Of a stretch of 64,000 nucleotides of DNA, positions 51,801-64,000 are shown piece after piece. Under the pieces are notes generated by a model. The model did not search any database and was not told the origin of the DNA. It saw nothing but the letters and a program-made list of their open reading frames with translations. Both the position numbers and the translations under genes were made by a program. The stretch's first letter is position 1; the number at the start of each line of letters is the position of its first letter. The stretch is from Takakia lepidozioides (Eukaryota > Plantae > Bryophyta), in assembly GCA_030704615.1 (NCBI GenBank), contig CM060731.1, positions 50,592,001-50,656,000 on the forward strand. The letters are read 5' to 3'.

Positions 51801-54800
51801 ATGAGCTGCTGCTTTCTACTTAAAGCATCGGCCACCACATTGTCTCGTCCCGGTTTGTACTGGATATCCACGTCGAACACCGCCAAAGTATCTTGTCACC
51901 TAAGTTGTTTTGGGGACAACTTGGGCTGCGTGGCAAAATACTTCACCGTGACATTGTCCGTGAACACCTTCACTGGGTTGGAACCAACATAGTGGCGCCA
52001 AAGCTCAAGGCAATGCACCACCGCCTTCATCTCTTTTTCGTGCGTCGGCCACCGTCGCTCCACTTCATTCAGTTTCTTACTTTCGTAAGCCACTGGACGT
52101 CCATCTTGCATAAGTACACCCCCAATCGCGAAGTCCGATGCATCTGTATAAATCTCAAACGGACGATCGAACTCGGGGATTTTCAAGACTGGAGCTTCCG
52201 CCATCCGCTGCTTCAATTCAGCAAAAGCTTGGCCACAAAAAGTGTTCCATGCCCAGACTTTGGATTTACACAGAAGGTCGGACAGCGGCCCCGCGATCTT
52301 GGCGAAATTTCTCATATACTTCCGGTAATAGGGGGCGAGTCCTAGGAAGGATCGCACTCCCGGGACCGAAGTCGGAGGCTCCCAGTCCAAGATTGCTCTC
52401 ACCTTTCTGTCATCCATTTTGATCCCATCCTGTGTAATCACATGCCCCAAGAACTCCACTTTCGTGACCCCGAATTCGCACTTTGAAGCTTTGGCATACA
52501 GCTTCCCTTCCCGCAATTTCTGGAACACCCTTTTGAGGTGCTCCAGGTGCTCCTCCTTTGTTTTCGAGTACACCAAGATGTTGTCGATGTACACGATCAC
52601 AAAGTCATCCAACCACTCCTGAAAAAGACTGTTCATCAGCGTGCTAAATGTCGCTGGTGCATTGGTGAGCCCAAAAGGCATCACCAAGAATTCATATGAA
52701 CCATACCTTGTCCTGCACGCGGTCTTCTCCTCATCTCCTTCTGCCACCCGAATTTGATGGTAGCCGGAGCGCAAGTCGATCCGGCTGAAGTACTTTGCTC
52801 CTGCCAACCGGTCGAAAAGGTCGTCGATCCTTGGCAAAGGGTACCGGTTTTTAATAGTCACCTTATTCAGAGCCCTGTAATCGACACACATCCGCAACGT
52901 CCCATCCTTCTTGTCTGCGAATAGCACCGGGGCTCCGTAAGGTGACTTACTCGGTCGGATGTACCCCTTTGACATTAGATCCTTGAGCTGAGTCTTCAGC
53001 TCGACCAACTCTCTATGGCTCAACCGGTAGGGCGCCTTGGCAGGCGGTTCCGATCCCGGTATCACCTCAATCTTGTGGTCAACTCCTCTTCGCGGTGGCA
53101 AGCCGCTTGGTAACTCCTCCGGCATCACATCTTGGTATTTCTCCAAAATCCCCTTGATCCAATCTGGGCTCGGCTCCCCATCGCCTTCTCCCTTCACTTC
53201 TCTAATGTAAAGCAAAAACTGGGGCTCGTGTGCCTCCTCCACGGCCCACTCCCTTGCTGACAGAAGGTTTATTCGCCCTCCCACGGATTTGGGCGTTTCC
53301 GACACTCGTAAGACCTCGCCACCATTCCAACATGGCAGCGTGACTATTCTCTTGCGGCCATCTATGACCGCTCCGGATTTGCTCAAAAAGGTCATCCCCA
53401 AAATGAGATCCACTCCATCGATCTCGCAGATGGTGAAGTTCTCATGTCCCTGCCAACTCCCTAGTTGAAGAGGAACATCGAACGCTAACCTTATCGCCAG
53501 CTGTGGTTCTCCTTTGGCAGAACGTACCTCAATAGAGGCCCCCACGTCACTTGTCAGGAGTCCCAGCTTTTGTGTCGTTGCCGGTGTCATGAAGGAGTGC
53601 GACGCTCCTGTGTCCACCAACAATGACACGTTAGTTCCGGATATTATCCCATCCACGAACAGTAACTGACTCCCTTTACGTAAGGTGCCAGTTTCCTGAT
53701 ACAACTCACATGAAAATGTGCCTACCAACTATCGGGGCTTCGTGCACTTCTTGGCCATGTGCCCGAGCTCCCCGCAATTGAAACACACTCCATCAAAGGT
53801 CGCCTTCTGTCCGCCATAAGCCGCTGCACCTGCTTTTCCTTTCGGAGCACCAGGTGCCACCTTGACGTGTGAAGGCCCTCCCTTCGATTTCCACGTGCCA
53901 TTATCGCCGCGTGGCCTATCCCACTTCTTTTCCGGTCAGAAATAGTCACCTTCCCGCCGGGCCTTCTTATGGTTCAGCTCCGTACGGCCTTGTCTTTCAC
54001 CCCTAGGGACATCTGAGAAACATTCCGCCCTCTCAATTGCCTCGTTCAAAGTCTTAGGCGGCTTCTCCTCCAACTTCCGTCTGGCCCACGGGGGCAGTCC
54101 CGCCACAAAGTTGAAGACCATTTCTGGTTCTGCCATGTCCGCGACTTTGAGCAGCAGTACATTGAAAGCCTGAACATAACCCCGAATGTCATCCGTTTGC
54201 TTCAAATTCCTCATCTTGTCCCGGGCAAGCCAGGACGCACTGAGGGGCACAAACTGTCTCTTCATCAATTCCTTGAACCCACTCCAGTTCAAGGTTTCCG
54301 GGCTCGGACCTCGGTCGTGAAGGCGTTTCTGCCACCATTGTTGAGCATAGCCCCTCAAATAGGTGTGAGCCACTTCCACCCGATCCTCGTCACTCAACTT
54401 GGCCGCCCGGAAGTACTGCTCTAGCTCCAGGAGCCAGGTGTTGAGTGCCTTCCAATTTTGGACGCCCTCGAAGGTGCCGGGTTCCTTAGGCTTCACCTTA
54501 AACTTTGCCTTAGTGGAAGTGGCATTAGCCGCCTTCAACACGTCTTTCAACGTCCCGCCAAACTGCGCCAACAACCCTTCCCAAAAGGCTGCCTGCATGG
54601 GAGGGATCTCTTGGTTTGTCGGAGCTCTCAAGGATTCCTCGGGCTCCGACTCCTCGGATTCCTCCCACTCTTGAGCGGCCTCGTTTTCGGAAACATGCAT
54701 CGCTTCCTCAAACGGCCGCCTCGGTGACACGTCGCCCCCATCGGGCTCACCATGATCATCATCTTTTGGGCCGTTCCGCTTCCGCTTCGGCTTGCCCAAC

Positions 54801-54846
54801 CCCATGATGAGGCCAATCCCAAGGACGATCGCGTACTGAACTCTAA

Positions 54847-54858
54847 GCTCTGATACCA
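54847..54858 (-). promoter_or_regulatory. Primer binding site for initiator tRNA-Met (TGGTATCAGAGC)
   Basis: GCTCTGATACCA on the + strand, 2 nt from the LTR end. Confidence 0.92.
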
Positions 54859-54860
54859 AG

Positions 54861-55584
54861 TGTCGCGCACCTCACTTCGGTAAGCTCCCCTTCAAGTCAT
54901 AGTTACTCGCTTTGATGCGCGCGCCTGACTCCCAACCTGGCCGTCGGGCCAACTTGGAGCTTCGGCTGCTCACCGGGACATAACGGTCCCCCTTCGCTCC
55001 CCCGAAAGACCCTTCACCTATTTGGGCCTAGTGGAATTCCCTTTGGTAGATGGCAGTCCGGAACAGCTCCCCACTCTTTGGTCGCTTTCCGGCTCGCTCG
55101 CTTACTCACTAGTTTTTGGTCACCAACGGGCTTGCACCGTTCTTGGGGTTACTATTCCCTATATATACTTCTGTAGCTGTCCGTGGGGGTTCCACAAACA
55201 GCCATGCCATTTTATGGTGAACCACCACGAAGACCCTCGATTCCCGGTGGTGAGTCGCGGTGAGTCTTGGCCCACTCACCGCGGCCCCAATGGACCGTGA
55301 TGAGTCCCAAGACTCCCCATGACTCCCACCTCGAGGTCTCCACCCCATGGTGAGTCCTATGCCACCCCCACTAAGTCCCGCTAAGCTACCATCACCCCTT
55401 GTGGAGCCACCCCCACCGCAACCCGGTGTGCGGGGCTCCGCCTAGTGAGCGCCTCCGCCTCCTTGAGTGCCTTGGGCACTCAAGGGTGCTTCAGCCCCCG
55501 TATCTATCGCTGCTACTGCCCCCACCACAGGGGCAGCCCCTTCTGTGTCCCGACCCCCTGCCCTCAAGGCAAAGGGCCGCGACA
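54861..55584 (-). repeat. 5' LTR of gypsy element A (724 bp)
   Basis: Bounded by the inverted termini TGTCGCG...CGCGACA, adjacent to the PBS. Unrelated RNase H coding sequence starts at 55585. Confidence 0.88.
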
Positions 55585-58394
55585 GGGAGAGTGCTTAGCT
55601 GCAGTGTGGGCCGTGGCACACTTCAGGTGCTATCTATACGGCAATCTTTTCACCCTTGTCACGGATCACCAGCCACTCAAGTGGTTGATAGAGTCAGACA
55701 AGCTTTACGGGGAAGCTTGCACGGTGGGCACTCATACTCCAGGAGTATGACTTTCAAGTTGTGCATCGACCAGGTTTGGTCAATCGGGATGCGGATGGAT
55801 TGAGTCGCAATCCATGCATGAGCCAGCATGATGACACAGGAGCTCGATGGCATGGTGAGACGGACGAGGAGATGGTGTCGGGATGGCACGCATCTGTATT
55901 TTTGTGTATCTTGGCATCGAGAGGTCGGGTTGGACCTACAATAGGGATGACTGTAGACGGAGTGTCTGAGGACCCTGAGGCTAGTGATGAGCCAGGTGGT
56001 TCCAGAGATATACATGAGGATTCGGCTGTGTTGGACTACCTCCGCACGGGAGACACGGCAGCCACTGTGACTGTCAGGGAGAGGGATCGGATCCTGCAAC
56101 GAGCCAAGAGGTTCAAGTGGGAGGGGATACACCTACTTCGAGTGTGGGAGGATGGTCAGGTGAGGATTGTGCCTCACCCCACACAGCGTGCACGGTTAGT
56201 GCGGCATGCCCATGAGGAATTGGGGCATTTTGGAATGCGACGCACTCACAGTTTACTGCAGGGGCAGTATTGGTGGCGTGGTATGCATACAGAGGTGCAA
56301 CAGTTCGTGGCTAGGTGCATGGTGTGTGACAGGGTGCGTGCTTCATTCAACGCCCCTACACCACAGTTGCATCATTTACCAATCATGGGATTGGGCTACA
56401 GGTGGAGTCTTGACTTCGCAGGACCGTTGCCACTGACTATGTGCCACCACAGATATGTGTTGGTGATGGTGGAGCACTTCTCCAAGTGGATTGAGTTGGT
56501 TCCATTGCCTGACAAGGCTAGTGAGGGGGCTGCGTATGCATTCTTGGATCGTGTGCTTAGCCGATTTGGTGCTCCAGCTGAGGTACTCATGGACCAAGGG
56601 AGAGAGTTCTTGGGGGAGTTTCAGGCTTTGTGTGATAAAGCCTTGATAGACCACCGCACCACTTCTCGGGATCATCCTGAGGCCGATGGCTTGGCAGAGA
56701 GAGTTGTTCAGACGGTGAAGAGGGGTTTGCGCAAGTATGGCTTGCAGAAGGGACACCTAGGAGATTGGGATCTTCAGGTTCCTTGGTTAGCCATGGGCTA
56801 CAGGTTCAGCAAACAAGCATCACTTGCCTCCTTCTCACCATATTTCCTTCTCTTTGGCCGAGAGCCGGATTTGCCTGCAACCATTCGTAGGGACACTGCT
56901 CAAGTCCTTAACCTTGACGATCCGGACGTGTGGGTACGTGCATGTGATTAGCGTGCAGAGTTGTTCAAGAAAGTCATGCCCATGGCTTTTGAGAACCTTG
57001 CCATTGCATAGCACCGTGATACGTTGAGGTATGCCACTATACGTGGTGGAGGATATCGTCCTGGGGTTCGGAGGTTTAGCCTTGGTGACTATGTTTATTT
57101 GCAGCAGACTGCTCCTACGACTCTGGATGTTACTGCAGGGCGTGTTATTCTGAGGGTTCGAGAGGTGTTGCCCTCAGGGGTCCTGATCTTAGAGGGTCGG
57201 GATGGCATGACTTGGAAGGACCATGTGCGTAATTGTGCGCCATGTCACCTTCCCAATGTCGATGGCAGAGTTGACCCAAACTTGGCAGTGGTACCTGCAG
57301 GTTTGAGGTGCATGCTCTATGGGTCTGCCAAAGGGGCAGCCACCATGCTGGTATGTGATCGATGCTCAAGGGGTTGGCATATGAGATGCTTGACACCACC
57401 TCTTGAGAAGGTTCCTGACGGAGATTGGTTGTGTCCACACTGCTTGGGATAGTGGCAGTGGACATGACTGGAGGCAGCTAACAAGACATGGGAGGCCAAG
57501 CTCATAGGAGTCAATACATGAGATCCCAAGCTCAAGTTCACAGATTGCAAGACGGCGACTAACGATGGGGCAACTCTTGCACCCGGCCTCTTGATCTATC
57601 GAGTTTGAGTGTAGTAGGGATAGTGGTGGAGGACTTAGTGAGGCTATGGTCACTATCACATCTTGTGGGGACCTAAGCATCAGCTAGAGGGGCGATTGTG
57701 TGGACTAGTGACTGCCATAGTGGGCAGCATAGTGGCAGCCTAGTGACTGACTAGTTGTAGCCTAGTGGTTGGACTAGTGGCTGGACTAGTAGTGGACTAG
57801 TGATATACTAGTGTGTGGTGTACACATGTGTTGTGTGGTTTTGGACAGCGATGTAGTTGTGTAGCGATATGTATGCGCACGACAGCTGTCAAGTTATTTT
57901 ACCACTAGTGTGAAACTAGCTAGGAAATAGCTAGCTTTTACATATTGATATTTGGGATTGGCCCAAGTGTCAATCCAGGGGTCAAGACAGATTTAGGCCC
58001 TGGAGTGGTTATCTTCACGGCAAGCGCGGAAGGCTCATCTTTCTCGAGTTGAGCCTCACCGCGCCTAGCTATGGAGCCGTAGTGTGGATTCCCCATGGCG
58101 TGGGGTGCATTTGGCTTGACTTGTATTTGAGTGATGAGGTTATATATGCATGAGTTTATGCTTCAGATTTGTGAGCTCGTGCTTGTATCCTTCTTCTTTA
58201 TCATTGTGTGGACTAGTGACTGCCATAGTGGGCAGCATAGTGGCAGCCTAGTGACTAACTAGTTGTAGCCTAGTGGTTGGACTAGTGGCTGGACTAGTGG
58301 TAGACTAGTGGTATACTAATGTGTGGTGTGCACATGTGTTGTGTGGTTTTGGACAGCGATGTAGTTGTGTAGCGATATGTATGCGCACGACACA
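55585..58394 (+). mobile_element. 3' half of Ty3/gypsy element B: RNase H end, integrase with C-terminal PHD finger, PPT and 3' LTR
   Basis: GECLAAVWAVAHFRCYLYG..TDHQPL (RNase H); HEELGH..C..C, SLDFAGP, DQGREF, GLAER (integrase); CML....MLVCDRCSRGWHMRCL......W.CPHC (PHD). A purine tract AGAGGGGCGA precedes TG at 57697. Confidence 0.92.
57697..58394 (+). repeat. 3' LTR of element B with a 188-bp CTAG-rich direct repeat at both ends (57697-57884 and 58205-58392)
   Basis: TGTG...CACA termini. The two copies differ at only a few positions. Confidence 0.8.
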
Positions 58395-59469
58395 TGCTAG
58401 GAAATTGCGAAATTGTTGTGTTCATGCGAGCATAGCATTTATTTTTTCGCATGAGATATTCATCCGGGAAAAATAATAATTGGAAATGAATTTTGAAACT
58501 AATTTTCCGGTTTTTTAGTTTTTTTTTTATCGATGAAACTCTCTCAAGTACATATGATATATTCGAGTAACCCTTATCATTCGTCGGCGAAATGCTCTTG
58601 TTATGATATTATAATATTAATTTTTGTAACCATTAGATATCTATTTTTATGATAACATGCCTAATGGCACTATCATCATGAAGGTTTTAACTATTTTTCT
58701 TTCAATGATTTTAAGTAAAATTTCCTATCTAATGTATATATATATATACATATATCAATAGACTCATAGGCCACGTAACTAACCCTATTAACACAACAGT
58801 ACCCTATGTTTGCCTATGACTTGCATTTGATGTAGAACATACTACCATTACAGCCAGGGATTGTGCTCATGTGGATTTTTTTGCTCATATGGGAACTGCT
58901 CACACGATACCAACCCCCATTAATTGTTATAAAAAGCTTAAATGCTAATAAGTCTCCACTATATGCTAAGCTAATAACGCCCAACCATATTGTGTGTTGT
59001 GGAATTTGGGCTATATCGAACATCAATACACCCTTTTGTCTGCTTGACCACTTGGAAGAAGTTGATGCTCTCCTAGCAAAGCTTGTGATAGTTAAAAAAA
59101 ATAAGGATGCGACACTCTATATATATATATATGGGTTCAAAATTGCCCAAACTTCTAGGAGGGAAAAAAAACCATGTAACTACATTGGGGTGGCTTGTTT
59201 ACATTGCCTAAATCCATCATATAAGTATAACTCTCTCCACTCTGATCATGATGCCCGTGATATGCCTGAGAAGCCTGGTACACCGGATTCATGTATGCAT
59301 GATTCCTTGATGCACCTCACCGCCATTAGATCCTTAATGACCATCATTACCAATAAACACAAGTTTGAAAAGAACCAATCCACCAAATAGCACAACAACA
59401 TACTGCACCAACCCCACTTGCTATTCGGTACTACTTTTCCACCTATAGAGCCCATCCCGAAGGGCAGTA

Positions 59470-59752
59470 CTTGCTGTCAGATTCGACACAAATTAATTAT
59501 ATTTTGGGTTGTTGAAATGTTTGAATTAACTCAAGTGATATGTCTAAAAGTCCAGAAATATTACATCAGCTTGTCCAAAAAGAAGAAAATAAGAAAATCG
59601 TGCCGCCCTCTAATGATGCGGAGCTCATATCGCAAGCTTGTATCGCATGTGGCGAAAAATTTCAATCTAAACTGCCGAAACTTTGGAGTATATAAAATAC
59701 TCAATTATTTCAATACAATTATTTCGGCACCGTGTCGAATCTGACAGCAACG
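59470..59752. mobile_element. MITE (Tc1/mariner-type) with ~20-bp TIRs flanked by TA
   Basis: TA-C(-)TTGCTGTCAGATTCGACAC ... GTGTCGAATCTGACAGCAACG-TA, with an AT-rich noncoding interior. Confidence 0.8.
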
Positions 59753-60829
59753 TATGGTAACCGTAAGGTGAAGTGGCTCTTAATTACGCCAGCTTAGGCC
59801 GGAGTCCCCTCTCTCTCTCTCTCTCTCTCTCTCCATACCGATGCCTTCATTATACTACGACCCCCACACATGATATCTCTATCCGACATTTTTTATATTA
59901 TTGGAATCCATTACATTTTCTTGGACATTGTTCACCGTCATCATTAGGAATGCAGAACAACACAAAGCCCTAGTTTTTTTGGGATAACATACAATTTCAA
60001 CCACCAATTGTTGGTAACTCAATTAGATAGTTTTATGTTTGCCACCCAGGAGTAGTCCTTTGGGGTTTGCTACCTTGTTAGGTATGTGGTTTGGCTTGTG
60101 ATTCAGTTCCTCCATGACTTTTATGGAAGGGGGTGAAATTGTAAGGGCCTGAATTGTGTAGTTCCCAAGTTTCCTAAAATAAATATTTAAAAATATTCAA
60201 TATTTTTTAACTTAAAGGAAACTTGCTCACAATTCAGGCCATTTACAGAGGACGTCCGTAAAATTTATTTAAAAAATATTTAATAATAATTTAGTAGCTG
60301 CAATCGGTTACATTGAGTATATCCAGTCAACTTCCAAAATAATAATTTTCGATTGATTGCAATTGAAGCAAAAATACTTCCATTTTTACGGAGTTCGTCA
60401 AAATAACCGGTCGCTTTTCTAAATTTCAAAGTACCTTCTTGTCCGAAATTAAAACCCCATCCCACAAATTCCACATTTTTGCCCCGGGAATACGATGGTC
60501 ATATTCCAGCTTTTGCCCCTGGTATTGGTGGAATTCGCCCTATTCAGGTAAAGTTCCTGGCAGCATGTTTTCCCAGATTTTTGAATCCGGTCCTAGGGCT
60601 CCCGCCTTTATATATATATATATATATATGTATATATTAGAAAAAGGGGTAGTAGCCCTGGTATTTATTAAGTTTATTTGTCGGGGAAAAAAATTAAAAC
60701 CCCTATGACTCACCATGTAGGCACACACACTGTAATCAGTGATGGATTGAACTACCCTTGCATGAGGAGGACACACACTGTAATCAGTGATATTTGGATC
60801 TACCCTCTCTTGAAGAGTGGATTGGAACC

Positions 60830-63800
60830 TTAAACCTCATCCATATGGGATGGATGAATCGTGTAAAAGCAGCTAAGTGCTAAAGAACGGCCCTATGGCC
60901 TCCATCCTGCACGGATGCTTTCTTCCCCGTTTCAGAGAGATGTAGCAAGGAAAACTAGGGCTAGAATCCTATGCTATGCTCTTAGGGGGTCGCGGCGGAC
61001 AAGTCTTTCCTGCCAGAGGCTTTGTAACTGAGTGAATGTGCATACGAAATCAACTGAATAGAGGAATATAATTTTTATCAGAGTGAGAAGGTGGCGAGAA
61101 CGATGACTATCGGAATCTCAGCCTGGCCGCTGTCTTGATATGTCTCCAGTTTATATCCCTATCAAATTCCGGGGATGCCGCCATGGAGTGCCGACCCGAG
61201 ATTCCTCCAGCTGACTGGGGGGAGCGTTGTCCAGTTGCAACTTGACTGATCGGGAGAGCTGCAGATGTGTCCGTTGGTGGCCCAGGTGCTCTTGAAGGCT
61301 GCATGTAGTGCTGCTGCACGTTGAGGTGCTCTTTGAATGTCTGCACATAATTTTATCCATGCTTTTCTTGCCTCAATTTGCAGATCCCAGAAGATTCTAG
61401 CTAACAAGACTGACAGAGAGCATGTGGACCCTGAGAAAGACCAAGCACAACGCGCTTTCCATATATGCCATAGCGTGGAGGCTCGCAAACATTTGAAGAC
61501 CGGACATTCATGAGCCTGCCCTTTGGTGTTCATATCATAATTAAGCAGGAGGGAGATGGGTAACAGGGGCTGCGGATTCCAATCTTTGTAGAGCCCTTTA
61601 ACTGCGTTCCAGACTCTAATTGGAGCATGGCATCCTAGAAGGCAGTGCTCCAATGTTTCTATCAATCCCGAGGTACAACAAAAACATAGTAGTGCATCGT
61701 GGAATTGGAGCCATTCTCCCACCTTGAGTACCCTATTCGCGATCTGCCATAGGAATGCCGAGATTTTTGCAGGCCTAGTTTTTATCCATATGGATTTCCA
61801 AATTGCCTTCCAGTTTTCATTTTGAAAGCCAAAGGATTGCCATTTGGTGTTCCATTTAACATGGAGAGGCTTAGGATCTGCCAAGGCCTTGTAGGCCTTC
61901 CTAGTGGTGTAAGCGAAAAAAGGGACCGGCGAATTTTTGAAAGTCCAAGTCCACTCCTTGGGGTCGAATTGCAATTCTGCCAGGGGTCTTCCCAGCACCC
62001 ATAGGAAGGAACTCTCTGCCAGCCAGGTACCAGTAGGGATGGATGGATCTGGCTCGGGGTTCATGTCTTTCGTGGGGGAGCTCCAGCAGCAGACCCTTAT
62101 CGGTGTATGAGCAAATAGTGGAATTCGTATTGAGTCTCTACTTTGAAGGGACATGATCATTGTTATAGGGTTAATGTGGAATAGGAATCCAACGAAGCAG
62201 TCATGTAGCCTGTCCTAGATAAATAATACTGTCAGTTTGCTATTCGTAATCCCTAGAGACCAGAAGTTAGTGTTGGGTTTAACATGACCTGCTTGAAGAG
62301 TTGGGATCTAGGCAGAGGGGATGGAGTCTTTAACGATTTGGTAACCATGATATAGTCTGGCCCTTCCTACTTTGAGAACTAAGTGTTCGGGCTCATGAAA
62401 GCCCCGGCTGTTCCATAAATCATTAATTTGGCTGATACCCTTCCTGTCCCAGAAAGACCAGCGATGCGCCTGCGATTTTTGCGTGAGAGAGGGGGGGTTG
62501 TCATTCAGGAAGATGTGTTGTCTCAATATTTCCTCATGGCTCTGTGGTTCCGATTTTTTGAGGAAGGGTCTCAATCTCCCCTAGGCTTGTCATATAGAAG
62601 ACCATAGAGATGATCCATGCGATTTAAGTCTGAAGCCTTGAGACACCCATCTAAAAGAGGGGTTCCACTGGGAATTTTTGAGGGGGGACGAAGCCTGAAT
62701 GTGTCCTGCCACCAAGAATTTCCACCAACCCCCCTCCGGACCGAAGAATCTGGGCAACCATTTACCTAGCAGTGCTGATATTTGCGTGTCCGGGTCTATA
62801 AGGCCTAGCCCCCCCCATTTTTTTGGGGAGACAGATCTGCTTCCACGATACCTGCGGTCTTTTGCGATTCGAGGAGCTAGTTTGTGCTCCCCAAACAAAG
62901 TTCCTGAGAAAAGCTCTGATCTGTTTGGTTTGTGAAGAGTTGGGCCTCCAAGAGGATGAGAAGAACCAAATCCCTGCCGAGTGGATCTGATTTACTGCTA
63001 GCACCCTACCAGTTATTGAAAGGTGTTTGGAACCCCAGAAGGTGAGTTTTTTTTTCAATTTCGCAATAGTGGGCGCGAAGCGTTGCTCATCCGTGAGGTT
63101 CACTTCATAAGTATAGCCCAGGTAGATCGTTGACTGACCAGGTCTCAACCATGAGAGGCCCAGATTTGATCCCCAGGTGGGGTCTGTCCCTATCGTGGAT
63201 TTGGACAGATCCCCGGCCAGGATTGCACAAGTCTTGGCCCAATTAACCTTAAAACCGGAAGCCTAACAGAACGAGTCCAGTGTTTGCGAGGTGTTGTGAA
63301 GGTTTTCCGAGGAAGCTTGCAGCATGAGAAGAGTGTCGTCCACAAACATCGAGTCTTTGACTTGCGCTGGCTGGTTGGTATGATAATTGGAGACTTGAAG
63401 GCCTACAATGTCTGTGTTGTTTTCTAGCATGTATCCCAGGGAATCTGCGACGAAAAGAAATAGGAATGGAGCTAGGGGGCAGCCTTGCCTGACAGATATC
63501 TGAAGGGGGAATGGTTCAGAGAGCTGGCCATTAATCATGACCCTACTAGATGAGTTCTGCAAAAGAATGCTAACCCACTGGCATAACGATTCTGGAAGAC
63601 CGACCTTAGTTAGGGTTCCTAGTAAGAACGACCATTCCACCCTATCGAAAGCCTTTTCAAAATCAAGAAGCAGCAAAGCTATAGCTTGCTCGGTTTGTAG
63701 GGCATAGTGTGGAGCTTCCTGGGCTAGAAGAAGATTGTCCATAATGTAGCAACCTTTTATGAATCCTATCTGGTTGGGCCTAATCAATTTAGGAAGTAGG

Positions 63801-64000
63801 GGTTGTAGTCTTAGAGCCAAAGCTTTGGCAATGATCTTATAGGCTACGTTTAAAAGGGTGATAGGTCTGTAGTTAGATATGTTCGTGCGGTCTCCTTTTT
63901 TGAAGAGCAGTGTTACCACTCGTTGAGACATAGAGGCGGGCATTCGCGCTATCAGGAAGATATGATTCGCCATGGAGAGGAAATCTTTTGAGATATCCTT
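60830..64000 (-). mobile_element. L1/Tx1-like LINE ORF2 (RT and zf-RVT) plus 3' UTR; frameshifted; runs off the window
   Basis: NYRPITLLNVAYKIIAK, LLDFEKAFDRV, VRQGCPLAPFLF, FVDDT, YLG, KKWGGLGL and ETLEHCLLGC. The 3' boundary is approximate. Confidence 0.93.

Larger units (their letters stand above)
50820..55584 (-). mobile_element. Ty3/gypsy LTR retrotransposon A (chromovirus-like), 3'-truncated and inactive
   Basis: gag 53936..54859 plus a CFNCGELGHMAKKC knuckle; protease LVDTGASH; RT with YIDN instead of YIDD; RNase H TDASD; integrase HHCC and GPF module ending in RPPP. Frameshifts, an in-frame TGA and a deletion in the integrase core. Confidence 0.95.

Noticed and set aside
57697-58394. 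Independent TRIM element with 188-bp LTRs
   Set aside because: No PBS or PPT inside; the only purine tract precedes the first copy and belongs to element B.

Overview
Eukaryotic nuclear DNA from a non-seed land plant. GT-AG introns, PLS-PPR/DYW RNA-editing genes and two ciliary genes (a Tctex-1 dynein light chain and CCDC113/CFAP263) imply flagellated sperm, so a bryophyte, lycophyte or fern. All family assignments are motif recognition by eye; no searches were run. 1-27 kb is a transposon and pseudogene zone: a mosaic of LRR, kinase, PPR and OSB-PDF gene fragments, a Crypton-like tyrosine recombinase relic, a LINE fragment and a large decayed MULE-type element. That element pairs a GCM-like/DDE/SWIM transposase with a divergent ParB-like (WDGNHR) gene and about 23 copies of one ~30-36 bp palindrome, mostly in two arrays. 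The zone also holds a Helitron-like 3' end, an FCP1-like relic, a PPR pseudogene and a ~0.48 kb inverted repeat. 27-49 kb is a gene island: Tctex-1, an apparently intact 954-aa PPR-E-DYW editing factor carrying an OSB-type PDF motif, ERH, a PHOSPHO1/PECP-type HAD phosphatase and CCDC113. 49-64 kb holds two abutting, probably nested, Ty3/gypsy elements (one with a PHD finger on its integrase), a MITE and an L1-like LINE. The best candidates for undescribed biology are (1) the MULE + ParB-like gene + palindrome-array module and (2) the PDF-motif/PPR/DYW fusion family with its hairpin copy.
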